Made by a program: the position numbers and the translations under genes. Below the pieces are notes generated by a model. It ran no database searches. It saw only the letters and a program-made list of their open reading frames with translations, and was not told the origin of the DNA. This document shows, in pieces, positions 34,263-41,973 of a DNA stretch of 64,000 nucleotides (position 1 is its first letter; each line of letters opens with the position of its first letter). Origin of the DNA: Bacteroidaceae bacterium (GTDB taxonomy: Bacteria > Bacteroidota > Bacteroidia > Bacteroidales > Bacteroidaceae); contig JAZMZT010000218.1 of assembly GCA_045586125.1 (NCBI GenBank), positions 22,006 through 86,005 on the forward strand, given 5' to 3'.

Positions 34263-35481
34263 ACCCGCTGGCTTCGATGATCGCCTGCAGTACAGCATCC
34301 GTCTGCTCCGCAAGGCCCAGAAACTCGCCCTCACTTATGACGGCGATGACGGTTTCTTTCTTGCATTCTCCGGAGGCAAAGATTCTCAGGCTCTCTATCA
34401 CGTCGCCAAGCTGGCCGGTGTTCGTTTCCGCGCTCACATGAACTTTACCAGCGTAGATCCACCCCAGGTCATCCGCTTTGTCCGCACTTGCTACCCCGAT
34501 GTCATCAAACATGCACCCGTCAAGAGCATCTTTGCTTTGGCCGTGGACCGAGGCATCCTCCCCTCCATGCGCATCCGCTGGTGCTGTGCTGACCTCAAGG
34601 AGTCTGCCGGCGCAGGTAAGGTAACGCTCATCGGTATCCGCAAGCAAGAGTCCACCAGGCGTGCTAAACGTCATGAGATAGAGGTCAGTAACAAACAGTT
34701 TTCAGGAGACTTTGACCAGTTCAAGAAATGGCAGCGCAAGACCATCTCCGCAAAAGAGGCCGCCTTGCTTCGTCGCATGAAACGTGAAGGCAAAAAGGTT
34801 AATGAGGACTATTTCTCCGTCAATCAGCAAGACCAGGTACGTTGCATCAACGGTCAGGATTCAATCCTCATATCACCTATATTCAACTGGACTGAGAAAG
34901 ATGTATGGTACTTCCTCAATGAGGTAGTCCGCGTCCCTCATTGTGAACTCTATGACCAAGGCTACCGCCGTATAGGTTGCATCCTCTGTCCTATGTCATC
35001 TCCGCGTCAAAAGCAGCGTGAGATGCAGGACTTCCCTCATGTCCGTCGCGGCTGGCTCAACGCCATCAAGCAAATCCGTGCGGGGGGGGTATTGTCGAGC
35101 AAACCTACCTTCCTCCCAGAAACCGTCAATGGAGTTGGAAGCACAAGGAGTACTCGCCTCATCCCTCACTGCGAAACTGGAAAATACCCCCCCCCATCCG
35201 CTCAATCCGACACGACACAGCACTATGGTCGCTGTACTCCACCGGTGGAACCGAAAGACCAACTCCGGAATCTGGGCGGCTGGCTCCAATCTCCCAATCC
35301 CCAGTTCTGGACGGGTTTTCTCCAAGCCCTTCTCATAGCGGCGTGAGGGGGGGGGCAAAACGAGCCGTCTGAGGATGAAATCGCAGAGAAGATTTTCTCC
35401 TGGTGGATATCCGGTAAATCCTACAAAAAATGGTATGCCGATACCTACCTACAACTAAAATTTGACTTTGAATATGAGTAA
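34243..35481 (+). CDS. PAPS-reductase / DndC-like PP-loop enzyme, interrupted by three homopolymer tracts
   Basis: PP-loop FLAFSGGKDSQALY and C-terminal GCILCPM. The conserved-looking C-terminal end (QNEPSEDEIAEKIFSWWISGKSYKKWYADTYLQLKFDFEYE, stop 35479-35481) is in the same frame as the N-terminus, but an in-frame TGA at 35344 cuts it off. Removing 1 nt at each of the three tracts gives one continuous ORF. Confidence 0.7.
35082..35089 (+). repeat. G8 homopolymer tract T5
   Basis: Counted directly: ccgtgcGGGGGGGGtattg. Confidence 0.9.
35187..35195 (+). repeat. C9 homopolymer tract T6 (GAAAATA-C9-A)
   Basis: Counted directly: ctgGAAAATACCCCCCCCCAtcc. Confidence 0.9.
35347..35355 (+). repeat. 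G9 homopolymer tract T7
   Basis: Counted directly: gcgtgaGGGGGGGGGcaaaac. Confidence 0.9.
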
Positions 35482-35544
35482 AAAAACTCCATTTCTTTAC
35501 ATATCATTCTAACGTGTAAAGGAATTCGCAAAAACTTAACATAT

Positions 35545-35982
35545 ATGGATGCACAAGAAGGAATAATTAATGGCTGGGTCCGTGTAATAGGTCAAGATCC
35601 TTATGCCGGTGCAAAAGGCCTGCTCAAATCATTGCAGTACCACGCAGAAGATGATGGTGCTTACTTCCATGTCTTTATCAAAGACCGCCTTGGTCTATGT
35701 TTGAGAGAAGTCTATAACGAGGACTTGGAGCAAATCCCACTCTCTCCCGATGTCTTTGAAAAGAACGGTTTTGTTGGTTCTGAGCAAGGTCATTACTACG
35801 AGTATAAGATAAGCGTTGGTGGTAAAGAGATGTCAGTACGTTACCAGAATCATGACATTGCCTGCTCCACTCCTGCAAACCGTAATGAATTCGCTCTCTT
35901 TGGAATCATAGTCCTCGAAAACGTTCAGGACCTCCAAATGGCTCTTAGACTATGTAGAGTAAAAATCAATATTGAACTATAA
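35545..35982 (+). CDS. hypothetical protein, paralog family Y
   Basis: 145 aa. The C-terminal ~85 aa is clearly homologous to 37269..37673 (F..NGF.G.EQGHYYEY..S.....SVRYQNH..ACSTPA.RNEFALFG.IVL..V.DLQMAL.LC). A shared 33-nt upstream sequence precedes both genes. Confidence 0.6.
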   Translation: MDAQEGIINGWVRVIGQDPYAGAKGLLKSLQYHAEDDGAYFHVFIKDRLGLCLREVYNEDLEQIPLSPDVFEKNGFVGSEQGHYYEYKISVGGKEMSVRYQNHDIACSTPANRNEFALFGIIVLENVQDLQMALRLCRVKINIEL

Positions 35983-35984
35983 CT

Positions 35985-36425
35985 ATGGCTGAGAATAAAT
36001 TCTTTGGATGTACGGATCCTGCACAGGCAAAAGCCCTTATTAAGGCCGGCTTGGATCCAGATAGTTTTGATATGCTCTATGGGTATGTCTATAATGGAGA
36101 GACTTATGCAGTTCCAAACATAAGGCCTTTCAGAGATATGCGTGACAGAACTCCTGACGGATATTCTCCTTGCTGGAGTCTTGCCCGTCTCATATCCTTA
36201 ATGCCTCTTATCGGCTCTTATGTGCCAACCCTTATCTTTGATGGTGACGACTATGTGTGTCAGTATATGGATGAGGATGGCATTGGTTCACCTGACCTCC
36301 AATGCTTCTTTGCCGATGAGCCGGTCGTCGCGGTTGTATCTATGATTCTCCATTTGCTTGAAAAAGATTATATACATAGAAATCTGGTGATTCCGGATTC
36401 TATTAAAAAGAGCATGTCATTATGA
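35985..36425 (+). CDS. hypothetical protein
   Basis: ORF track, 146 aa. Confidence 0.5.
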   Translation: MAENKFFGCTDPAQAKALIKAGLDPDSFDMLYGYVYNGETYAVPNIRPFRDMRDRTPDGYSPCWSLARLISLMPLIGSYVPTLIFDGDDYVCQYMDEDGIGSPDLQCFFADEPVVAVVSMILHLLEKDYIHRNLVIPDSIKKSMSL

Positions 36426-37126
36426 ATATAGATAATTTGGTTAAGAATTTTCCATCTCATGATAAGTTTAAAGGGTTGGATATAAGAGAGACGCTTACAA
36501 CGGCTTTTCAACAATGTAAGTTCTATCAGGAGGTAAGCCAAAGGATTTATGACAAACTCTCTGAACTCTGGCCATATCCTAAAGCTTCTTATGATTCTAC
36601 TGAGTATCAGGAATACCGAATGTATTTCTATAATCAAGATAATCTCTTCTGTTTCCATAATTGGATAGAGTGGGTATTAGATGAATTTATTCGAATCCGT
36701 GATTGGAAACGCTCATATAAAGATGCCTGTGAAATAGCATCGGACCAGTGGTGCAATATGATATTTAAAGGTCGCATACAGAATAATGGAGATCAATCTA
36801 CAAATGGTGGCCTTGTATGTGCGTTAGCTACATTAGGTAAGTTTAAGGCTAATGAAGGTATATCCGAAGATGTGATAGGTCGTTTCAAACGTTTAATGAC
36901 AGAATATTATGTTGGCGGCTGTTTGCATAAATGGGAACATGGTACTTATGAGGAATTACCGGACTGTGACTATAATCCTAATGAACCTTTGCGTAAGATG
37001 CTCTTAGAAGCTGGTGTGAGTGAGAAAAAGATTGATCTTATTTGCCCTTGGAAAACAACCGTCTATATAGATAAAAGAGACAACTCTGTAGTTGTTCGAG
37101 GGTATCAACGTGAGTCTTATTTCTAA
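36422..37126 (+). CDS. hypothetical protein
   Basis: ORF track, 234 aa, ATGA overlap. Confidence 0.5.
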   Translation: MNIDNLVKNFPSHDKFKGLDIRETLTTAFQQCKFYQEVSQRIYDKLSELWPYPKASYDSTEYQEYRMYFYNQDNLFCFHNWIEWVLDEFIRIRDWKRSYKDACEIASDQWCNMIFKGRIQNNGDQSTNGGLVCALATLGKFKANEGISEDVIGRFKRLMTEYYVGGCLHKWEHGTYEELPDCDYNPNEPLRKMLLEAGVSEKKIDLICPWKTTVYIDKRDNSVVVRGYQRESYF

Positions 37127-37137
37127 AATGTGGTGGT

Positions 37138-37236
37138 ATGAAAAAGATAATGTTTGATGACAACCTCACCCCGTCCGTACTTGATGGTAGCAAGCCTTTG
37201 ACCCGTCGTATCATTCCCGGTCAGGATAGAGACTAA
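37138..37236 (+). pseudogene. truncated 5' fragment of the 38545..39204 gene family
   Basis: The 32-codon ORF MKKIMFDDNLTPSVLDGSKPLTRRIIPGQDRD* matches the N-terminus MQKIMFDDHYGLTQAVLDGSKDMTRR of the full-length gene 1.4 kb downstream. Confidence 0.6.
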
Positions 37237-37268
37237 CTAACGTGTTAAAAAATTCGCAAAAACTTAAC

Positions 37269-37673
37269 ATGACTATGACAATGCCCGTAAATAGAGAAAC
37301 CTATTCTAAGATGATAGAAGAGGACTTATTGTGGCTTAACAAGCAGCCACGCTCTTTGGAACGTGAACATGTGGCCGAGGTCTTGAAAGACAGTATTACA
37401 ATTTTGTATGACCGCAAGGTTCCTTCTACTCCTTTAACTCAGGAAGTGTTTGTAAGGAATGGCTTTATTGGTAAAGAGCAAGGTCATTATTATGAGTATA
37501 GCCTTTCTCGCGGAGATAATTCTATCTCTGTCCGCTACCAGAATCATTACAAGGCATGTTCCACTCCTGCCGACCGCAATGAATTTGCTTTATTTGGAGT
37601 TATAGTACTTCGTTCCGTTCTGGATTTACAGATGGCTTTACAACTCTGTGGTATAACCCTAAATATCCGTTAA
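37269..37673 (+). CDS. hypothetical protein, paralog family Y
   Basis: The track ORF starts at GTG 37242. The ATG at 37269 lines up with the start context of paralog 35545 after the shared CTAACGTGT.AA..AATTCGCAAAAACTTAACA leader. Confidence 0.6.
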   Translation: MTMTMPVNRETYSKMIEEDLLWLNKQPRSLEREHVAEVLKDSITILYDRKVPSTPLTQEVFVRNGFIGKEQGHYYEYSLSRGDNSISVRYQNHYKACSTPADRNEFALFGVIVLRSVLDLQMALQLCGITLNIR

Positions 37674-38056
37674 TGCTTATACAACTTATTGAAGAATCTC
37701 TGTGCGCTCATGATGTTCATGAGTTGACGCATTATCCGCGTCCATGGTATAAGCCTAAGCCTCTTTTGCCAAAGGGAACCTATCTGTTGGCATCAGAGGT
37801 CTGGAGTAATTTCTATGGATCCTACTATCGCTGCGAGCATGAATACGGTTCCTATGATATTCCAGTTTCGTCAGCTCGCGTTATTGCAGAGAATGATGAC
37901 GACAAAGTATGTGTACGTAAAGGTGATGCGGTTGTCGGACCTATTGAGCCTGACAACCCTCCTCCACTTATAGAGTTTATAGAATGTACAGCAAGACAGG
38001 CTATTCATCTTTTAAATCTAAAAGGTGTCGGGTTGAAAGTTCCTGAGGGCTTGTAA
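37673..38056 (+). CDS. hypothetical protein, paralog family X
   Basis: 127 aa. The N-terminal 70 aa is homologous to 33234..33455. TAATG overlap with the upstream gene. Confidence 0.6.
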   Translation: MLIQLIEESLCAHDVHELTHYPRPWYKPKPLLPKGTYLLASEVWSNFYGSYYRCEHEYGSYDIPVSSARVIAENDDDKVCVRKGDAVVGPIEPDNPPPLIEFIECTARQAIHLLNLKGVGLKVPEGL

Positions 38057-38074
38057 TCTATAAATAAGACTAAT

Positions 38075-38557
38075 ATGGGAAAAAAAGATTTATTAAAAAA
38101 GGCATCAGATTTATTATCTGGTGATTGTTCTATTGAATTTAAAAGAGCTTTGGTACGGGAATTTCCTGAACTTGCCGAGAATGAGGATGAGAAGATTCTA
38201 AAAGAAATAAGAGAGTTTCTTAGTGATGTCTTTTATCGTGGTAAGAATGTCAATTTTGATAGATGGGATAAGTCAGACTGTTCCAAATGGTTGAAGTGGC
38301 TTGATAATCTTGACCTTTTAAAGGGATTATGGCACACATTTAAAGATTTGAAACCAGCCATTTCTTCTGATATAATAATTGTTTCTGATTTCCAAAGTTC
38401 AAAATGTTTTCCTGCTCTTTATGGTGGCAAGAATCAGGTTGTCGAAATTCGAGCAAGAGTACATGAAGATTTAGCTGAGTCGTTTCTGATAAACAGATGT
38501 GTTTCTGATAATGATGAGTGGGTTACTTTTCCCAGTTTAGACTTATGCAAAAGATAA
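38075..38557 (+). CDS. hypothetical protein
   Basis: ORF track, 160 aa. Confidence 0.5.
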   Translation: MGKKDLLKKASDLLSGDCSIEFKRALVREFPELAENEDEKILKEIREFLSDVFYRGKNVNFDRWDKSDCSKWLKWLDNLDLLKGLWHTFKDLKPAISSDIIIVSDFQSSKCFPALYGGKNQVVEIRARVHEDLAESFLINRCVSDNDEWVTFPSLDLCKR

Positions 38558-39204
38558 TGTTTGATGACCATTATGGCCTTACCCAAGCTGTACTTGACGG
38601 CAGTAAGGATATGACTCGCCGTTTTTGTGATGTTCAGTATTATGCCCAGTCACTCGGCCTTACGGTTCCTGTTAGACGGGTGTTCCTGCGGGACGGCATA
38701 GCCTATTTTGAACATTACCGAGGTGTTGATCCTATCCCGGTCCGTCAGCAGCCGCGCTATAAGATTGGCGAGATCGTGGCTGTTTCAGAGTGCTATGACA
38801 CCATACTTTCTCGCCTGAGCAATAACGTGGCAGTTGAGCGTCTAAAACGCACTATTGCTGCGTATCATCATAAATCGTCTTATTCAGAAGTCTTTGGGGC
38901 TAAGAATAAGATGTATGTCATGTCTCGTTTCATGCGTAACTACATCCGTTTTGTAGATCTTCGAGTTGAGCGTTTGCAAGACATTTCTGGTGCTGATTGC
39001 TTGCGTGAAGGCATTATTCAAGGCACTTATTGCGGGAAACCTTATTTTACTTTCTATGGGTCGCAAGAAAAGGATGGAACTCCAGTCGGTTATTCTTCAC
39101 CCATTTATGCTTTTTCAGAACTCATTAATAAGATGAGCGGAAAACACACTTGGAATGTAAACAGGTGGAACTATGTATATACTTTTAAACGTATCCTATT
39201 ATAA
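38545..39204 (+). CDS. hypothetical protein (ASCH-like N-terminus, tentative)
   Basis: Track ORF 38518..39204. In-frame ATGs at 38545 and 38557 (the latter as TAATG with the upstream stop). MFDDHYGLTQAVLDGSKDMTRR resembles the opening strand-turn of ASCH-type domains. This assignment is weak. Confidence 0.45.
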   Translation: MQKIMFDDHYGLTQAVLDGSKDMTRRFCDVQYYAQSLGLTVPVRRVFLRDGIAYFEHYRGVDPIPVRQQPRYKIGEIVAVSECYDTILSRLSNNVAVERLKRTIAAYHHKSSYSEVFGAKNKMYVMSRFMRNYIRFVDLRVERLQDISGADCLREGIIQGTYCGKPYFTFYGSQEKDGTPVGYSSPIYAFSELINKMSGKHTWNVNRWNYVYTFKRILL

Positions 39205-39215
39205 TACAAAGAAAT

Positions 39216-39752
39216 ATGAGAGATTTAAAATTCCGCGCCAAAGTAATAAAACCTACAAAACCTTGGATGAATTTGGCTCCAGCCGGTTCCTGGGTCGTAG
39301 GAGAGTTGCATACTATGAGTTCTCAACCTCATATACACACTTCATTAGCTGAGAAACAACCTATTGATACATCTACGATTGGTGAATATACAGGATTGAA
39401 TGATAAATATGGCAAGGATATTTTTGAGCATGATATATTGTTGATAAAGAGCTTTGATAATGTCTTGCTTCCTTTAGCTGTTCCAGATAATCTGGATGCT
39501 GTTGCTTCGTTTAGTCACGAGGACGCGAAAGGTAAACTTCTTGATGAGTGTAAGACTCCGGTCATATTCAGAGAAGGTGGTTTTGTTATATTCTTAAATG
39601 GCTCGGAGTCTATGCTTGCAAATCTTTTTGGTGATATGCGATATCATTTTCCCTATTATGAGGTTGAGGTTATCGGTAATTTCTATGATTCTCCTCCTGC
39701 TCTTTTAAAGGAACTACACCTCGTGCAAAAAAGTCATGGCCATGACTTTTGA
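39216..39752 (+). CDS. YopX-family protein
   Basis: MRDLKFRAK... and IGEYTGLNDKYGKDIFEHDIL match the characteristic YopX pattern (kFRaW...ytGlkDknGkeIyeGDi). Confidence 0.6.
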   Translation: MRDLKFRAKVIKPTKPWMNLAPAGSWVVGELHTMSSQPHIHTSLAEKQPIDTSTIGEYTGLNDKYGKDIFEHDILLIKSFDNVLLPLAVPDNLDAVASFSHEDAKGKLLDECKTPVIFREGGFVIFLNGSESMLANLFGDMRYHFPYYEVEVIGNFYDSPPALLKELHLVQKSHGHDF

Positions 39753-39874
39753 TTGACTGCAGTTGTGGTGGTCTCCATCATTTTCTGATGCTACTCCGTT
39801 CTGCTGGACTATATGATATGGCACGTCCTGTCAAGGTTTACTGATTACCTTTACACTAACCAAAACCCAAAACA

Positions 39875-40267
39875 ATGAAATCCCCAGACCTCTACCCCGG
39901 TAACAAACTGACCTACGTCTCCGGTCCCATCTCAGGCCGTAAGCGCATAGACTATCTGCAGGAGTTCCGCCTCTATGCTGATATGCTCCGTTTTGTAGGC
40001 CTCCGTCCGCTCAACCCCACCACCATGTACGGCTTCTTTCAACCCACGTTCAATCTGCTGCCCTACCGCCTCCAGCTTATGATAGACCTCATCCTCCTAT
40101 CCCTCTGCCGCCGTATCATAATGCTCCCCAACTGGCAGAACAGTGTAGGTGCCAATCTTGAGTATGAGTTCTCGCAGGCCTTCTTTATAGAGACCCAGGA
40201 TCCTGACTGGTTGAAAGACCAGGTAGAACGTCGCAAATCCATTAACTCCTACAACGCAGGTGCTTGA
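39875..40267 (+). CDS. nucleoside 2-deoxyribosyltransferase-like (DUF4406-type) protein, tentative
   Basis: 130 aa. YVSGPISGRKRIDYLQEF...GLRPLNP resembles the DUF4406 opening (vYiaGPisG....N...F......G..v.nP). Confidence 0.4.
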   Translation: MKSPDLYPGNKLTYVSGPISGRKRIDYLQEFRLYADMLRFVGLRPLNPTTMYGFFQPTFNLLPYRLQLMIDLILLSLCRRIIMLPNWQNSVGANLEYEFSQAFFIETQDPDWLKDQVERRKSINSYNAGA

Positions 40268-40304
40268 ATAATTCTCAATTTTCAATTCACAATTCTCAAT
40301 TCGC
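40253..40304 (+). repeat. AACGCAGGTGCTTGA + five tandem AATTCTC-type heptamers (copy 1)
   Basis: AACGCAGGTGCTTGAATA then AATTCTC AATTTTC AATTCAC AATTCTC AATTCGC (40270-40304). It ends 8 nt before the ATG at 40313. A second copy lies at 47090-47141. Confidence 0.85.
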
Positions 40305-40312
40305 TACTGACT

Positions 40313-41056
40313 ATGGCTAACCTATATCTAAGAGTCTCCCGCTACGTAGCCGCCTTTTGGCGCAGTACCGGCGATGGCCAATCCTTACCTTATCACGTTC
40401 CCGTGCAGTTCTCACCCTATACGCAGGAGTACGTGGTCCTCACCTCCGGACTGCGTATCGTCCCCGAGCATCAGCAGCACCGTGCCTCCTGCTACTCCCA
40501 GACAGCCTGGCGTAATATGTCTATGGGCCGTAAGCCCAATGGCGGTCCCGCCATTATCATACGCAACCAGTCAGACTGGCTCTCGTATGCCGAGGTCTGC
40601 ACGTTGGAACGCCTCACCAATAAAACCAAGACTGATGCGTTTGAGTTTCTCTGCATCCGTCTCCCAAATGAGATAATCGCGGGTGATCACGTGGAGCGTG
40701 TCACCAAATCCTATACGCTTGATTCCCGTGCCGCGCAGCAGCTACGCCGTCTCCTTAAAGAGGAGTTCGTGCGCCGGTTCCTGGACTTTGAGACCCGTAA
40801 CATTGACTTTGCCAAGAGCAAGGGCATAGACCGCAGCGGCATAGAGATAATGGAGCGTTTCTTCATGGAGTATGACCTACCTGTTTCTCATGACCAGTCT
40901 GAGCGTGAGACCCTTCGCCGTCTCATGCAGCGTTGGCGTAAAGAGGCCCGGGCACTCGCTACCCGCCCCGCCGTCATCGGCGATGAACTCGTCACCCGCA
41001 TAGATCCTCATGAAATCGCAGGAGGCCTGCCCCGATATGAGTCCGATGACGCTTAA
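40313..41056 (+). CDS. hypothetical protein
   Basis: ORF track, 247 aa. It is the last gene before the long intergenic region that precedes the head module. Confidence 0.55.
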   Translation: MANLYLRVSRYVAAFWRSTGDGQSLPYHVPVQFSPYTQEYVVLTSGLRIVPEHQQHRASCYSQTAWRNMSMGRKPNGGPAIIIRNQSDWLSYAEVCTLERLTNKTKTDAFEFLCIRLPNEIIAGDHVERVTKSYTLDSRAAQQLRRLLKEEFVRRFLDFETRNIDFAKSKGIDRSGIEIMERFFMEYDLPVSHDQSERETLRRLMQRWRKEARALATRPAVIGDELVTRIDPHEIAGGLPRYESDDA

Positions 41057-41111
41057 ATTTCGTTGTTAAAATCTGTAAAATCAACATTGAAATAATGTTA
41101 AATAACACCCA

Positions 41112-41119
41112 TATTTTTG
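41112..41119 (+). promoter_or_regulatory. Bacteroidota-type -7 promoter box (TATTTTTG)
   Basis: TAnnTTTG match in the 179-nt AT-rich intergenic region. A small palindrome AACATT-N5-AATGTT lies at 41083-41099, just upstream. Confidence 0.35.
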
Positions 41120-41235
41120 TGTATTTATGTCGCTATATTGTCCGCGGGCATAAAAACGCATCAATCGCCGTCCAAAAACAGCATAAATCTCGTAAAAATC
41201 CACAAAAACTATAAACCCCTTAACACCTCGTCACT

Positions 41236-41718
41236 ATGAATGAATGTCTCGAACTCCAGGACAAAACGCTCGTCCGCATCTCCCTCTATCTGGCTTCGCA
41301 GAGCCTCATCCCTCTGCCTGCCTCCATCTCCATACCGCGTATCAGCGGTGGCCCCCTGTTCAGTGGTACTCCCGCCCTCGTGCTGGCCTCCTCACCGCGA
41401 AATAACACAGAGCTCCGCTACACCTCTGCCCCCACCGTCAAGGCCTCGCAGAGCAACCAGCAGGCAGGCGTGATCTATGCTTTTGATGTGCAAGTGCCTG
41501 TGGCTCTTAACGTTGATGCCGTCCAGCAGGCCGTTGATACCGTCCTCGGTAAAGACCTCCACCTGCTGCTTGACTGCTCAGATGGCAGCCAGTATCTCAT
41601 CTACGCGCTGCCCAATACCGCGCAGCCCAGTGTTGACGATACCCGCTCCGCCTCTCCCTCTGCCACTCTCAAGGTAGCCCTGCAGTCCTGCAGTCACCTC
41701 ATACCCGTGTCTGCCTGA
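41236..41718 (+). CDS. hypothetical protein
   Basis: ORF track, 160 aa, followed by a hairpin terminator. Confidence 0.55.
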   Translation: MNECLELQDKTLVRISLYLASQSLIPLPASISIPRISGGPLFSGTPALVLASSPRNNTELRYTSAPTVKASQSNQQAGVIYAFDVQVPVALNVDAVQQAVDTVLGKDLHLLLDCSDGSQYLIYALPNTAQPSVDDTRSASPSATLKVALQSCSHLIPVSA

Positions 41719-41796
41719 CATCTATATATAAGTATAGGCCTCTGCCTCCGGAAATACTCTTTGCCAACTGTTCATTGTCTCCGGATCAAGGCCTTC

Positions 41797-41841
41797 ATAT
41801 CCCCGGCAATCCTGTCCTTTTGTCGGGGATATATTTTTATT
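41797..41841 (+). terminator. rho-independent-type terminator
   Basis: ATATCCCCG (41797-41805) pairs with CGGGGATAT (41824-41832), followed by ATTTTTATT. Confidence 0.55.
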
Positions 41842-41947
41842 CCGCGCCCTCCGCAATCTCCAAATCTCGCCCAACCTAAAATTTTTTCCGCCCTAACTCC
41901 CGTTTAACCCCTCAAATTCCATTCCACCCCTCCGCTCAGGCCTCACA

Positions 41948-41955
41948 TACTTTTG
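41948..41955 (+). promoter_or_regulatory. Bacteroidota-type -7 promoter box (TACTTTTG)
   Basis: TAnnTTTG match 19 nt upstream of the ATG at 41974. Confidence 0.45.
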
Positions 41956-41973
41956 CTCAAAACCTCAGCAAGT

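Noticed and set aside
35090-35355. Group I/II self-splicing intron or MITE-like insertion as the explanation for the PAPS-reductase interruption
   Set aside because: Excising the segment between the first T after T5 and the last G of T7 (265 nt) does not restore the frame. I could not identify terminal inverted repeats or intron core pairings by eye. An insertion origin with G-tract duplication remains possible and is noted in the finding, but an intron call is unsupported.
34996-35358. 120-aa minus-strand ORF spanning the stop-free cassette
   Set aside because: It is probably a by-product of the unusual composition. It has no promoter or start context and is nested antisense in the PAPS-reductase gene.
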